From Candidatus Tenderia sp. (GTDB taxonomy: Bacteria > Pseudomonadota > Gammaproteobacteria > Tenderiales > Tenderiaceae), in contig JANOSY010000075.1 in NCBI GenBank assembly GCA_031416075.1, forward strand, positions 1 to 42,925: 42,925 nt of DNA. Reading direction: 5' to 3'. Below are positions 16,403-29,542 of this stretch, in pieces. Below the pieces are notes generated by a model. The model was not told where the DNA came from, ran no database searches, and saw only the letters and a list, made by a program, of their open reading frames with translations. The position numbers and the translations under genes were made by a program. The first letter of the stretch is position 1, and every line of letters starts with the position of its first letter.

Positions 16403-17607
16403 TGTGGTTAAGCGCCCTATCCCTGGCCCTGCGTGAGATCCGCCGTAACCTGCTGCGTTCCATGCTCACCATGCTTGGCATTATCATCGGCGTGGCGGCT
16501 GTCATCATCATGATGACCATCGGCAACGGCACCACCGCCAAGATAACAGCACAGATCGAAAGCCTTGGCAGCAACCTGCTCATCGCCCGCCCCGGTCAGC
16601 GCCACCGCCCCGGTGCCCGTGAACAGGCCAAACCGTTTGAGCTGGCCGATGCCGAAGCATTGGGGCGCGACATACCCAACATCGTCGCTGCCAGCGCCTC
16701 TTCGGTCCAGCCCACCACCGCCATCTTTGGCAACGCCAACTGGTCCAGCACCGTCACCGGTATCGACAATCAATTTCTCACCGTGCGTAACTGGCCACTG
16801 GCCAGTGGCCGTGAATTTAACAGTGGTGAACTGCGGGCCGGAGCCTCCGTCTGTCTGATCGGTGCCACTGTCTCTCAGCAGCTGTTTACCCAGGAGGAGC
16901 CCATCGGTAATTACATCCGCCTCGGCAGAATCTCATGTCAGGTGGTCGGGATTCTGGCCACCAAGGGGCAATCCGCCATGGGCCAGGATCAGGACGACGC
17001 CATCCTCATCCCACTACGCAGCTTCTGGCGTCGTATCGCTGGCAACCAAAATGTCAGCCACATCCACCTCTCAGCGCGCCCGAGTGTTGCGACCGAACAG
17101 GTCAAACGTGATGTCGAACGGCTACTGCGGGAGCGACGCCACATCAGTGGCGACAAAGAGGATGATTTCAGCATCATCGACATGAAAGAGATTGCCAAAA
17201 CCATGGCTGGTACCACCCAGATCATGACCGGGCTGCTCGGTGCCGTGGCCGCCATCAGCCTGATTGTGGGTGGCATTGGCATCATGAACATCATGCTGGT
17301 CTCCGTTACGGAGCGAACCCGCGAGATCGGCATTCGCCTCGCCATCGGCGCACTTGAACGTGAGGTACAGCGACAGTTTCTGGTCGAAGCGGTGGTGCTC
17401 TCCTCCGTCGGCGGCATTCTCGGTATTCTGCTCGCCATACTCGCCTCCTGGTTTATCGCCGGGGCACTTGATGTCCCCTTCCTGCTCGACAGCACAATTA
17501 TCATCGCCGCCTTTCTCTTCTCCGCTGCAGTAGGTGTGCTGTTTGGTTACTTTCCCGCACGCAAAGCCGCACAGCTCAACCCCATTGATGCCTTGCGGCA
17601 TGAATGA
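16402..17607 (+). CDS. MacB-type ABC permease
   Basis: RSMLTMLGIIIGV, GGIGIMNIMLVSVTERTREIG and PIDALRHE motifs. Confidence 0.95.
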   Translation: MWLSALSLALREIRRNLLRSMLTMLGIIIGVAAVIIMMTIGNGTTAKITAQIESLGSNLLIARPGQRHRPGAREQAKPFELADAEALGRDIPNIVAASASSVQPTTAIFGNANWSSTVTGIDNQFLTVRNWPLASGREFNSGELRAGASVCLIGATVSQQLFTQEEPIGNYIRLGRISCQVVGILATKGQSAMGQDQDDAILIPLRSFWRRIAGNQNVSHIHLSARPSVATEQVKRDVERLLRERRHISGDKEDDFSIIDMKEIAKTMAGTTQIMTGLLGAVAAISLIVGGIGIMNIMLVSVTERTREIGIRLAIGALEREVQRQFLVEAVVLSSVGGILGILLAILASWFIAGALDVPFLLDSTIIIAAFLFSAAVGVLFGYFPARKAAQLNPIDALRHE

Positions 17608-17818
17608 TCCGGACACCCCCCCTTTTAAGCCCCCTCACTGATCAAAAACTTACATTAATATAATCATGACAATACAACCGGTTACGTGAACAACCCCGCG
17701 CACACGCCATTTACCATATTTATTAATAGGTAGTTACCCCCCCATTGTTTGAGATAATAGCGATCTACCACAGACCTTTAGTACCAAATTTCATTTACAT
17801 TAACAGGGGAATACTCAG

Positions 17819-19912
17819 ATGAATCGGCATCTACTCACCACAGTAATACTTTCGTTATCGCTACCTGCCATGGTGCAGGCAGCTCCTATACAACGGGCTC
17901 AAAACCCCATTGCCGGGCAATACATCGTACTGATCAAGCCCGATCAGGTGCGTGGGCCGCAAGACTTCAGCGCTGCTGCACGCTCCCGTCCAAGCGTATC
18001 GCAGTTTGCCAACAGCCGCGCCAGGAGCCATGGCGCTCAGGTAGAGCGGATTTTTGAAACCGCAGTACGCGGCTTCTCAGCAAAAATGAGTCCCCGCCAG
18101 GCGCAGCTACTGGCTGACGACCCTGCCATTCTGCTGGTGGAAGAGGATCAAGTCATGAGCATTGACGCCACCCAGGCCAATGCCACATGGGGACTGGACC
18201 GTGTCGACCAGGCCAATCTGCCACTCGACACCAACTACACCTACAACGATACCGCCGCCAACGTACACGCCTATGTCATTGATACCGGGATCTTCTACAC
18301 CCATACCGATTTTGGCGGCCGGGCGGTACCCGGTTTCGATGCCTTCACTGATGGCCGTAATGGTAACGACTGTAATGGTCACGGCACCCACGTAGCGGGC
18401 ACCATCGGTAGTAGCACCTACGGTGTTGCCAAAGGCGTACAACTACACGCCGTGCGTGTTCTGAACTGTACCGGTGCGGGCACCACCGCAGGTATCATTG
18501 CCGGGGTCGACTGGGTGGCAGCCAACCGTCAAACCCCCGCAGTGGCCAACATGAGCCTTGGTGGCGGGGCCTCCAACGCCCTCGACAACGCCGTACGTAA
18601 TGCCATCGCTCGTGGTGTAACGTTTGCCGTGGCCGCCGGTAACGCCAACGCCAACGCCTGTAACTCATCACCTGCGCGGGTAACTCAGGTGATCACCGTC
18701 GGGGCCAGCGCTGCCACCGATGTACGTGCCACCTTCTCCAACTTTGGCACTTGCCTCGATCTGTTTGCCCCAGGCGTCAACATCACCTCCACTTGGAATA
18801 CCAGCAACAGTGCTGTCAACACCATCAGCGGTACCTCCATGTCCTCCCCTCATGCCGCAGGAGTGGCTGCACTCTATCTGGCCGCCAATCCAGCCAAAAC
18901 ACCTGCCGAAGTTGAGGCTGCATTAAAAGGCAGTGCGGTTGGTAAAGTCACATCAGCAGGCACAGGGTCAACTAACCTGTTACTACAGTCACTCTTTGCC
19001 GGGGCTGGCACAGGGGCCACCGTGCCGTTAAACAACGGTGATACCGTGGCAAACATTACCGGCACCCTCGGTAGCGATCGTCTCTACACCGTCACCGTAC
19101 CCAGTGGTGCCACCAACCTGAGCGTCAGCAGCAGCGGTGGAACGGGCAATGCCGACATCTATCTACGCCTCGGCAGCGCACCGCAGCTAGCCACCTTTGA
19201 CTGTCGCTCAATCGCCGCTGGCAACACCGAAAATTGCACCGTTGCCACACCTACCGCCGGTGTCTACTACATCATGTTACACGCCACGGCAGACTATGCA
19301 TCGCTCAGCCTGAACGTAAACTACACCACCAACACTGCCAATCAGGCACCTGTGGCAAACTTCACCACCGCCGTCACCAATCTGAGTGTGCAGTTCACCG
19401 ACACCTCCAATGATACAGACGGCAGCATCACCGGCTGGTTGTGGAATTTTGGTGATGGTGGCAGCTCCGTACTGCAAAATCCCAGCCGTACCTACGCCGT
19501 CAGTGGTAGCTATACCGTCACACTCATTGCTACAGACAATAGCGGTGCCAGCAATACACGCAGCGCTATAGTCACCGTCAGCTCCGGGCAGGCAAACCAA
19601 CCGTGCACCAGCTGTGAAAGTTACACCGGCACCCTCTCCGCCGGTCAGACCGTTTATCAACCCAACGGTGGTTCTTACACCAGTAACGTCAGTGGTGTGC
19701 ATGAAGCGTGGCTGGAAGGCGCCGCAGGCACCAACTTCAACCTCACCCTCTACCGTCAAGCCAGACATAACCGCTGGACCGCCGTTGCTACATCCTCAGG
19801 CACCACCTCCTCTGAGCACGTCAGCTACAGTGGTACCCCAGGCACTTACCGCTGGGGCTTGAATAGCGCGTCAGGCAGCGGTACCTATAACTTATGGATG
19901 ATTCGCCCATAA
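17819..19912 (+). CDS. Secreted S8 serine protease (aqualysin/proteinase K-like) with I9 propeptide, PPC and PKD domains
   Basis: Catalytic [11 protein letters not shown] and GTSMSSPH; PPC DADIY-like motif; PKD WNFGDG. Confidence 0.93.
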   Translation: MNRHLLTTVILSLSLPAMVQAAPIQRAQNPIAGQYIVLIKPDQVRGPQDFSAAARSRPSVSQFANSRARSHGAQVERIFETAVRGFSAKMSPRQAQLLADDPAILLVEEDQVMSIDATQANATWGLDRVDQANLPLDTNYTYNDTAANVHAYVIDTGIFYTHTDFGGRAVPGFDAFTDGRNGNDCNGHGTHVAGTIGSSTYGVAKGVQLHAVRVLNCTGAGTTAGIIAGVDWVAANRQTPAVANMSLGGGASNALDNAVRNAIARGVTFAVAAGNANANACNSSPARVTQVITVGASAATDVRATFSNFGTCLDLFAPGVNITSTWNTSNSAVNTISGTSMSSPHAAGVAALYLAANPAKTPAEVEAALKGSAVGKVTSAGTGSTNLLLQSLFAGAGTGATVPLNNGDTVANITGTLGSDRLYTVTVPSGATNLSVSSSGGTGNADIYLRLGSAPQLATFDCRSIAAGNTENCTVATPTAGVYYIMLHATADYASLSLNVNYTTNTANQAPVANFTTAVTNLSVQFTDTSNDTDGSITGWLWNFGDGGSSVLQNPSRTYAVSGSYTVTLIATDNSGASNTRSAIVTVSSGQANQPCTSCESYTGTLSAGQTVYQPNGGSYTSNVSGVHEAWLEGAAGTNFNLTLYRQARHNRWTAVATSSGTTSSEHVSYSGTPGTYRWGLNSASGSGTYNLWMIRP

Positions 19913-19968
19913 GTACTGTTGGGTATGCTACGGCCACCATGGCCTAGCACCCAATAGTTGCAAAACCC

Positions 19969-19998
19969 ACTGAAGCCGCACTTGCGGCTTCAGTTTTT
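19969..19998 (+). terminator. Intrinsic terminator after the protease gene
   Basis: ACTGAAGCCGCA-CT-TGCGGCTTCAGT-TTTT. Confidence 0.85.
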
Positions 19999-20160
19999 CA
20001 TACCTCATTAAAAGACCTGTACACGCCCCAGCTTCACTCCGTTCTCCAGTAACATAAACCCACAGACCTATACTAGTACTGCCCCTCACACCCCAAGAGA
20101 CTCGTCACAACAAAGGGCCTGTTCAGAGAACCATGGGTTTACCATCGACCAGCATCACAT

Positions 20161-20191
20161 AAAAAAAGGCCCCGCCATTGCTGGCGGGGCC
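20161..20191 (-). terminator. Intrinsic terminator of groESL
   Basis: GGCCCCGCCA/TGGCGGGGCC stem followed by T7 on the minus strand. Confidence 0.9.
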
Positions 20192-20224
20192 TCTCTTAAC
20201 ACCAAGTATTACGGAACGTTTGGG

Positions 20225-21904
<1,680 letters not shown>

Positions 21905-21920
21905 TCAGTTAAAAACTAAA

Positions 21921-22208
21921 TTATCCAAGAACGGCCAGCAGATCATCTTCACGCATGACCATCAACTCCTGGCCCTCAAGCTTGATCTCGGTGCCGGAGT
22001 ACTTACCAAACAGCACCTTGTCACCCACTTTGACATCCAGGGCGCGCTTGTCGCCGTTTTCCAATATGCGGCCAGTACCTACAGCCACTACTTCACCCAT
22101 CATCGGTTTTTCCTGAGCGGAGCCGGGCAGAACAATGCCACCAGCAGATGTCTCTTCACTCTCAAGGCGTTTTACTACTACACGATCATGCAATGGACGT
22201 ATATTCAC
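21921..22208 (-). CDS. groS: Co-chaperonin GroES (GTG start)
   Basis: [14 protein letters not shown] and GKYSG motifs; GGAGG RBS before the GTG at 22208. Confidence 0.98.
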   Translation of the reverse strand: MNIRPLHDRVVVKRLESEETSAGGIVLPGSAQEKPMMGEVVAVGTGRILENGDKRALDVKVGDKVLFGKYSGTEIKLEGQELMVMREDDLLAVLG

Positions 22209-22293
22209 GATATGTTCCTCCTGAAAACATAACACACTGTTATCTAAGCAATTAACATCAGATAAAACATTCTCGGACGAGAAGGTGCCTGTT

Positions 22294-22322
22294 ATATGGG
22301 GAACACTGTTTACAGTTTCAAG
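22294..22322 (-). promoter_or_regulatory. Sigma32 heat-shock promoter of groESL
   Basis: CTTGAAA-N14-CCCCATAT on the minus strand. Confidence 0.9.
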
Positions 22323-22468
22323 GGCGGGGGATGAAATTTTTACTACTTCATGGAACACAACCAGTGTAACCGCGCAATGCCAGTTCGTGATAAATGCCGC
22401 AACAGCGATAGACATATCGCCCAGCGACACACTGCCACCGGGCGTAGATATCAATAGCGATGAAACCG

Positions 22469-23869
22469 TTAATCAATACGTCCATCACGGGCAGCTTTAA
22501 GCACCAGGGCATCAAACGCATCCGCGCTCATCAGCCCCTGTTCGGCGACGAGGTCACGCACCGGGCGACCACTCTTCTCGGACTCTTTGGCCACTTCGCC
22601 GGCCTTCATGTAGCCGATGCTGGTATTGAGCAGGGTGGCCAAGGCGCAGCTGGTATGGAGAAACTTCTTGCAGCGCTCGCGGTCGATTTTCATGCCTTTG
22701 AGGTTAAACTCAGTGGCGGCATTGATGGCGTTGGTGAGCCACTCCATCTGGTCAAACAGCGCCGAGCCCATGGCCGGCATCATGACATTGAGTTCAAGCT
22801 GACCGGCTTGGGTCATGTAACCGATGGCGGCGTCCTGTCCCAGCACCTGAAAACAGACCTGATTCAGCATCTCAAACATCACCGGATTGACCTTGCCGGG
22901 CATGATGGAGGAGCCGGGCTGCACCGGCGGCAGCTGGATTTCGCCAATGCCGGTACGTGGGCCGGAACAGAGCAGCCGCATGTCGTTGCTGATGCGGGTA
23001 ATCTCCAGCGTCAGATCGCGGATCGCCGAGGAGAGGCGTTGAATATCATGAGTCGACTGCATCTGTGCCGCCAGATCATCGGCGGGGCGGATCGTCTCCC
23101 CCATCAACCGCGCCATCTCGACGGCGACACGGTTGGCGTAGTCAGGCGAGGTATTGAGCCCGGTACCGGCGGCGCTGCCCCCCAGACCCACCTCACACAG
23201 CCCATCACGGCACGCTTCAATATTGCGAGCGGCACGACGCAGGGTCCAGGCATAGGCGCTGAACTCACGCCCCAGCGTTGTCGGCACTGCATCCTGCAGA
23301 TGGGTACGGCCCGATTTGACGGTATCCACCTCTTCAACCCCGATACGGGCATATTCGTCGGCCATGTTATTCACGGCCGCCAGCAGGCGTGGCAGCTTCA
23401 TCAACGCCGTCAATCGCAGTGCGGTGGGAATGGTATCGTTAGTGGACTGCCCCATGTTGACGTGGTCATTGGGGTTGATCGGCGTATAAACCCCTTTAGT
23501 GCCCCCCAGTGCAACGTTAGCCAAGTTGGCCACCACCTCGTTACTGTTCATATTGTGGCTGGTGCCAGCCCCCGCCTGGAAACGGTCCACCACAAACTGG
23601 TCCAGATAGTCACCGGCCAGGATCTGGTCACAGGCCGCCACAATCGCCTTAGTCAGGGTGTCGTCCAGCCAGTGGGGCTGGTTGTTGGCAACCGCCGCCG
23701 CACGTTTGATCAGTACATGGGCTTTGACAAAATCAGCATCGGGGCGACGACCACTAATGGGAAAGTTGATCACCGCGCGGGCCGTCTGTGCACCGTACCA
23801 GGCATCAGCGGGGACCTTTACTTCACCCAGGCTGTCTTTTTCGATGCGAAACTGATTTTTATCACTCAC
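22469..23869 (-). CDS. aspA: Aspartate ammonia-lyase / class II fumarase family lyase (aspartase-like)
   Basis: [11 protein letters not shown] signature; QAGAGTS resembles aspartases more than FumC (QTGSGT); AGGAG RBS before the GTG at 23869. Confidence 0.75.
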   Translation of the reverse strand: MSDKNQFRIEKDSLGEVKVPADAWYGAQTARAVINFPISGRRPDADFVKAHVLIKRAAAVANNQPHWLDDTLTKAIVAACDQILAGDYLDQFVVDRFQAGAGTSHNMNSNEVVANLANVALGGTKGVYTPINPNDHVNMGQSTNDTIPTALRLTALMKLPRLLAAVNNMADEYARIGVEEVDTVKSGRTHLQDAVPTTLGREFSAYAWTLRRAARNIEACRDGLCEVGLGGSAAGTGLNTSPDYANRVAVEMARLMGETIRPADDLAAQMQSTHDIQRLSSAIRDLTLEITRISNDMRLLCSGPRTGIGEIQLPPVQPGSSIMPGKVNPVMFEMLNQVCFQVLGQDAAIGYMTQAGQLELNVMMPAMGSALFDQMEWLTNAINAATEFNLKGMKIDRERCKKFLHTSCALATLLNTSIGYMKAGEVAKESEKSGRPVRDLVAEQGLMSADAFDALVLKAARDGRID

Positions 23870-24025
23870 TATGAATCTCCTGTAGATGGGCACGGCGTCA
23901 AGTGCGGACAGTTTAAACCATGAAGGTGTCATACCAACAGTAAAACGGGGACGTCCAATGGGGGCTGGCGCCTCACACTATAATCGCCTATGTTATAGGT
24001 CGGTTTGAGAGGAGCACTGCTGCGG

Positions 24026-24298
24026 ATGGAAGTATGTACACAGTTTCTGATATCCGGCCGTGTGCAAGGTGTCTGGTTCCGTGCCACCACACAACAAACG
24101 GCCAACCGCCTGGGGATTACCGGTTACGCTAAAAATCTGTCTGATGGCCGGGTTGAAGTGTTGGCCTGCGGCAAACATGATAGTGTGACCGAACTGGGAG
24201 AGTGGCTCTGGCAAGGTTCAGCTCACTCTGATGTAAAAAAGATCGTTATTCACCAAAAGGGGGCGCAGGATCGCCCCAATAGCTTTGAAATACGTTGA
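24026..24298 (+). CDS. acyP: Acylphosphatase
   Basis: SGRVQGVWFR and GYAKNLSDGRVE motifs. Confidence 0.92.
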   Translation: MEVCTQFLISGRVQGVWFRATTQQTANRLGITGYAKNLSDGRVEVLACGKHDSVTELGEWLWQGSAHSDVKKIVIHQKGAQDRPNSFEIR

Positions 24299-24326
24299 TC
24301 CATTCACATACCCAAGGAGTTTGACC

Positions 24327-24692
24327 ATGTCTAAAAACAGCCTATTAATCACCACCACCCTGATTGGGGCACTGCTGGCAGCACCCGCCTTTGCCGACAA
24401 GGACAAAGAGAAGAGCGGTGAGGGTAGTGGCCATATGGCCAACCACAAAGAGCACCTTCAGCAACGTCAGCAGATGCACATGGATATGATGAAGATGATG
24501 GCCGATACCATGACAATCCTCCGGGATTTAAACCATCAACCCAGCGCTGATGAGAAAAAGCGGCTCACCGACATGATCAACCGCGTAAACGAAATGCTGG
24601 CACAACATAAAACAATGGATGAAGGCGCAATGAAATCCATGGATCACAAAATGGGCAGCCCTAAAGGGGCCGGACAGCACGATAAAAAGTAA
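24327..24692 (+). CDS. Small secreted Met/His-rich helical protein
   Basis: AAGGAG RBS; signal peptide ending AFA; Met-rich body. Confidence 0.8.
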   Translation: MSKNSLLITTTLIGALLAAPAFADKDKEKSGEGSGHMANHKEHLQQRQQMHMDMMKMMADTMTILRDLNHQPSADEKKRLTDMINRVNEMLAQHKTMDEGAMKSMDHKMGSPKGAGQHDKK

Positions 24693-24835
24693 CCTCAGCA
24701 CCCCTCAGCCCTGCTGAGGGGTATCTCCTCCCTTCTACACACCCCCCCATTCACCACGCCCACTGGCTGGTTAGATACAGTTCGTGCTCTAATCGCAGGC
24801 AAACAAGTCCAACAAAGCCGTGGCCTGGAACTCTG

Positions 24836-27691
24836 ATGAAAAACACCCCCCTACCTGCACTGGCGCTACTCTGCATCATTCAGCTCATCCCATCTGCCCA
24901 AGCGGGCATTAATAACGACCCCAGGCTGAACTGGAAAACCGTCACCAGTGAGCACTTTGCACTCCATTACCATGATGGTGAAGAACAATTGGCCCAGACA
25001 ACCATCGCCATTGCCGAGCGGGTTCACACCAGACTCTCACCCATTTTTCAATGGACACCTCTGGAGCCGACCAACATCGTATTGACGGATCAGGTCGATT
25101 TTTTCAACGGCTCCGCCACTCCCATCCCCACCAACACCATGACGCTGCACGTCACTCCCCCTGAGATATTCACCGGGATTGAGGACCACGCCGGGGCGCT
25201 GGAAACACTCATCACCCATGAGTATGTGCACATACTGCATCTGGACAAGGCGACCCGTGGACCTCTGCTGGCACGGCAGCTGCTGGGGCGGTTTATTCTC
25301 CTATTCCCCGGCGTGTTTCAACCCGGCTGGCTGGTTGAGGGGTTGGCCACATACTACGAGACCGACCCGAAACGGGCCATTGGCCGTGGCCAGAGCAGCG
25401 CGTTTGAGATGCTGATGCGTACCGAATATAGTTGTGGCATCAAACCACAACGGCAAGTTAACCAGCCCATCGCCAGCTGGCCAGGGGGCAGCGTCCCCTA
25501 CCTCTACGGTGTCCACTTTTACCAGTTTATCGCCGACCGCTACGGCGAAGAGAGGATCCAGCAGCTGGTCACACGCTACAGCGGCAACCTGCTGCCCTTC
25601 AGCATCAACAACACCAGCAAACGGGTTTTTGGCAAAGATATGGCGGCGCTGTGGGACGAGTTCGAGGCTTACCTTCAAGAGCAATATCAGCCGCAACTCA
25701 ATACCCTGCAATCACAAGGCGAACACGCTGGGGGGCGTATTGGCGAGCAGGGCTACGTCACCAGCAGCGCCCACCCGCTGCCCGATGGCACACTCTTTTA
25801 CCTAAGTTTCAACGGCTACAGCGCCCCGGCGTTAATGCGGTTGCGACCTGGCTCGCAAACACCCGAGCGACTCGCTGATGTGCATCAGGGGGCTCGTTTT
25901 GATCTGCACCCCGAGGCCGGCATTGTGGTCGCGCAACCTGAGGTGAGCCATAACGCCAACCTCTTTTACGACCTCTACCAGATCGACCCGACCAATGGTA
26001 AGCAGCGCCGTTTAACCCACGACCAGCGCTACCGCGATGCCACCTGGTCGCCAGATGGCAAAGAGATGGTGGCCATACAGAGCGCCTTGGGCAATCAGGC
26101 GCTGCACCGGCTAAATGGCAAAGGTGAACTGATTGAGGTGCTCTGGAGCGGTGAAAATGGCACCACGCTCAACAATCCCGACTGGTCTCCTGACGGCACA
26201 GCACTGGTGATGTCGGTCTGGCGGCCAGACGGGGGGTGGAATCTGGAACAGTTCAATGTGAACGACCGTACCTTCACCGCACTGACACAACAGTCAGTGA
26301 TCGAGGCACACCCCCGCTACAGCCCTGACGGCCGCAGCGTGCTCTTCAGCGCTGATCATGGCGGCACCTACAACCTGCGCCGTCTTGACCTCGCCAGCGG
26401 CGAGATCACTACACTGACCCACGTCGCCAGCGGCGCATTTGAACCCCATCAAGCCACCACTGATGGTCCAATCTACTACACCGGCTTCAACTGCGATGGC
26501 CTGGATATCTACCGTCTTGACCAGCCAGAGTCACTGCCGACCCCGGTGGCCAGTACGGGCACCTCGGGGATCCCGCTACCACCGGCACCCCTGCCAGAGG
26601 GGCTACAGACCCACGACTACTCCCCCTACGCCCATCTGCGCCCACGCTGGTGGTTACCCCACATCGCCATCGAAACCGGCCGTACCGAACTGGGGCTGAC
26701 TACCTCCGCCAGCGACCCACTCAACCGCCACCTCTATCAACTGAACGCCGCCTATGACTTCAGCAACCGGATGCTGATCGGCTCCGTTGACTATATCTAT
26801 GACCGCTACTACCCCCTCTTCAAACTGCACGCAGAACGGTTCAATCAGCTGGAGCACAGCGGTGATGACGTACTGCTACGTGTACGTCAGGAGGAGCGTT
26901 ATCAGGCAGAGGTGGTGCTGCCTTATCTGCAATACAACCGCCAGATCTCACTCCATGCCGCCGCCATCAGCGATCAGAGCGCCGACCACTGGCGGGCGCT
27001 GAGTGTCACCCCCCGCGCCGACCGCACCGACCGCCTACTCGGACTGGCCATCGTCTACAACTCAGCACGGCGTTACCCCCTGGCCATCAGCCGCAGCAAC
27101 GGCGTCTCTCTGCAACTGGTCGCAGAGAGCAGCGACGCCTTGAGCGGCTCGGACTACCGTGGCACCACCTACCTGTTCGATAGCCGCGCCTACATCCCCC
27201 TGGGTGGCAAACATCTGCTGGCCCTGCGTATTGCGGGCGGTGCCGGCGACGATGAGTCACGCCCCTTTGTGCTCGGTGGCAGCCGCAGTGCCGGGCAGAC
27301 CACTGCCCTGCTGGGACCGCCCCAGATCGACTCACCCTTCAACCGGCGCGGCTACGCACTGCGTGGATATAGCGTCGGCGAGGCGGGGCTGGTTGGCTCA
27401 CGTATGGCACTGACATCCGTTGAGTGGCGCTTCCCCATCGCCCTGGTCGAGCGTGGTTTTATGGCACCACCCGTGGCTCTGCACCAGCTGCATGGTCTCG
27501 CCTTTATTGAGGCAGGCGACGCCTGGTACACGGGGCAGAAGGAGCGCTTTGTCACCTCCGCCGGGGTAGAGCTGCGCGCCGAGCTGATGCTCTTTTACGG
27601 TTTAGGGCTTCAGACACGCCTCGGTTACGCCCGCGCCTTTGATAACGGTGGCGATAACGAACTCTATCTGCAGCTGGGCAGCTCATTCTAA
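24836..27691 (+). CDS. Outer-membrane protein: gluzincin-like peptidase + PD40/TolB propeller + Omp85/BamA-type barrel
   Basis: Signal peptide; HEYVH...WLVEGLA; WSPDG repeats; LRGY motif; terminal Phe. Confidence 0.8.
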   Translation: MKNTPLPALALLCIIQLIPSAQAGINNDPRLNWKTVTSEHFALHYHDGEEQLAQTTIAIAERVHTRLSPIFQWTPLEPTNIVLTDQVDFFNGSATPIPTNTMTLHVTPPEIFTGIEDHAGALETLITHEYVHILHLDKATRGPLLARQLLGRFILLFPGVFQPGWLVEGLATYYETDPKRAIGRGQSSAFEMLMRTEYSCGIKPQRQVNQPIASWPGGSVPYLYGVHFYQFIADRYGEERIQQLVTRYSGNLLPFSINNTSKRVFGKDMAALWDEFEAYLQEQYQPQLNTLQSQGEHAGGRIGEQGYVTSSAHPLPDGTLFYLSFNGYSAPALMRLRPGSQTPERLADVHQGARFDLHPEAGIVVAQPEVSHNANLFYDLYQIDPTNGKQRRLTHDQRYRDATWSPDGKEMVAIQSALGNQALHRLNGKGELIEVLWSGENGTTLNNPDWSPDGTALVMSVWRPDGGWNLEQFNVNDRTFTALTQQSVIEAHPRYSPDGRSVLFSADHGGTYNLRRLDLASGEITTLTHVASGAFEPHQATTDGPIYYTGFNCDGLDIYRLDQPESLPTPVASTGTSGIPLPPAPLPEGLQTHDYSPYAHLRPRWWLPHIAIETGRTELGLTTSASDPLNRHLYQLNAAYDFSNRMLIGSVDYIYDRYYPLFKLHAERFNQLEHSGDDVLLRVRQEERYQAEVVLPYLQYNRQISLHAAAISDQSADHWRALSVTPRADRTDRLLGLAIVYNSARRYPLAISRSNGVSLQLVAESSDALSGSDYRGTTYLFDSRAYIPLGGKHLLALRIAGGAGDDESRPFVLGGSRSAGQTTALLGPPQIDSPFNRRGYALRGYSVGEAGLVGSRMALTSVEWRFPIALVERGFMAPPVALHQLHGLAFIEAGDAWYTGQKERFVTSAGVELRAELMLFYGLGLQTRLGYARAFDNGGDNELYLQLGSSF

Positions 27692-27752
27692 AAGATGGCA
27701 CACGCGCCGTTTGGTCTCAGCTAAACGGCATTGATACACCATGGGCCTTCAC

Positions 27753-29459
27753 TCAGCGTAAGTAGGCCTCGCTGGCGTAGCGCCGCATCATGCGCTGGCT
27801 ATTGAAAAAAGAGGCACTTTGGGAGATGGCCCCCTTCATCACCGCCGTCCAGCCGGATGGGTCCTGACAATAGAGCGGCAGAACGGTCTGTTCCAGCTTT
27901 TGATAGAGATGTTCCGCATCATCACCATTGGCAGAGACGTTATCCTCACCAATGGCCCAGCCTGTAATCCCTTCGATACACCCCTCAACCCACCAACCAT
28001 CCAGCACACTCAGATGGGGCACACCATTAAAGGCCGCTTTCATACCGCTGGTACCACTCGCCTCCATCGGCCGCAGCGGCGTGTTCAGCCAGACATCCAC
28101 CCCCGATACCAGGGCCAGTGCCGTCGCCATGTCGTAGTCAGGCAGATAGGCGATAGTGACAACATCTTTAAGTTCATGCAGATGTTTGTACAGTGTTTCA
28201 ATCAGTACCTTGCCTGATCGATCCTTTGGGTGCGCTTTGCCCGCCAGCACTATCTGGAGAGGGTGGCGCTGTGCGATCTGTCTGAGTCGGTTAACATCAG
28301 AAAAGATCAGGTCCGGGCGTTTGTAGGCCGTCATCCGGCGGGCAAAACCGATGGTAAAACAGTCTGCCTTCAGGGTCACCCCCGCCTCTTGCCTAACCTT
28401 ATCGATGAGTCCCTGTTTGGCCTTCTGGTGGGCGGCACGAATCGCCTCATCGGCCACACAACAGGCCACGCGCATCAGCCGCTCCGGTTCATGGCACCAC
28501 CCTGGCAGGACGGCATCGTAGAGTTGCCGGAATGGCAGACTGGTCCAGGTAAAGGGGTGTACACCGTTGGTGATGGCATGAACACGATAACCCGGAAACA
28601 TATGGCGGGAGACCTCGGCATGACGACGGGCGACACCGTTGACATACTCACTCAGACTCAGCGCCAGTCGTGTCATGTTGAGGTGCTCCACGCCGGCCAG
28701 ATGCTGGAGCGTGGGCAGATCGATATAGTCCCCCAGCAGACGCTGTACCAGCTCATAGCTGAACTTGTCATGCCCCGCCTCCACCGGCGTATGGGTGGTA
28801 AAACAGCACAGCTCACGTACACGTGGAATGTCATAAGAGGATTCGCCCGGCCGCAGGTCTCCCCGTGGGTAGGCATAACGGCACAACAGCTCCAGCGCTA
28901 ACAGTGCAGAGTGTCCTTCATTCATGTGGTACTGGCGCAGCTGAAAGCCCAAGGCCTGCAACATACGTGTACCACCAATGCCAAGCACAATCTCCTGTTT
29001 AAGACGGTAGGTCTCATCACCCCCATAAAGCTGCCGTGTGAGGGTACGATCCTCAGTGCCATTCTGCTCCAGATCGGTATCGAGCAGCAGCACCGGCTGC
29101 TCGCCGTTCATATGCCCTTTAAGCACATAGAGCCAACCTCCCACCCAGACGGTTCGCCCCTCAATGGGCACAGCCACAATGGCATTCAGGGGCACTGCCC
29201 AGTGTGATGGATCCCAAGAATCCTTCTGCTCGGTCTGTCGCCCCTCCGGATCGAGTACCTGGTGAAAGTACCCCTCTGTGCTGGCCAGCGTTATCGCTAC
29301 CAGCGGTACCTCCAGGTCGGCGGCAGAACGCAGCGCATCGCCCGCCAACACCCCCAACCCACCCGCATAAGTAGGGATTTCATCACACAGGGCAATCTCC
29401 ATGGAGAAATAGGCCACCCGCAGTTCATGGGTAAAATTATCGATAGTCGCCATGATCAA
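27753..29459 (-). CDS. glgP: Alpha-glucan phosphorylase (short form)
   Basis: AYFSMEI, GGLGVLAGD, HMNEGH, ARRMTAYKR and EASGTSGMK motifs. Confidence 0.93.
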   Translation of the reverse strand: MIMATIDNFTHELRVAYFSMEIALCDEIPTYAGGLGVLAGDALRSAADLEVPLVAITLASTEGYFHQVLDPEGRQTEQKDSWDPSHWAVPLNAIVAVPIEGRTVWVGGWLYVLKGHMNGEQPVLLLDTDLEQNGTEDRTLTRQLYGGDETYRLKQEIVLGIGGTRMLQALGFQLRQYHMNEGHSALLALELLCRYAYPRGDLRPGESSYDIPRVRELCCFTTHTPVEAGHDKFSYELVQRLLGDYIDLPTLQHLAGVEHLNMTRLALSLSEYVNGVARRHAEVSRHMFPGYRVHAITNGVHPFTWTSLPFRQLYDAVLPGWCHEPERLMRVACCVADEAIRAAHQKAKQGLIDKVRQEAGVTLKADCFTIGFARRMTAYKRPDLIFSDVNRLRQIAQRHPLQIVLAGKAHPKDRSGKVLIETLYKHLHELKDVVTIAYLPDYDMATALALVSGVDVWLNTPLRPMEASGTSGMKAAFNGVPHLSVLDGWWVEGCIEGITGWAIGEDNVSANGDDAEHLYQKLEQTVLPLYCQDPSGWTAVMKGAISQSASFFNSQRMMRRYASEAYLR

Positions 29460-29542
29460 TCACCCCTTGTCCAACCATCGACTTCTTGAAAACCTGATAA
29501 TGCTGTCTGTTCATGATCCCTCTCCTTACCCGTTGTTATCCA

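Noticed and set aside
22209-22454. 82-aa N-terminal extension of GroES in the ORF track
   Set aside because: Spans the sigma32 promoter; the true start is the GTG at 22208 with a GGAGG RBS.
22460-23923. 487-aa plus-strand ORF
   Set aside because: Antisense shadow of the aspartase-family gene; no motifs or RBS.
24700-24722. ACCCCTCAGC/GCTGAGGGGT hairpin
   Set aside because: No U-tract and no other copies seen; at most a weak terminator or stability stem.
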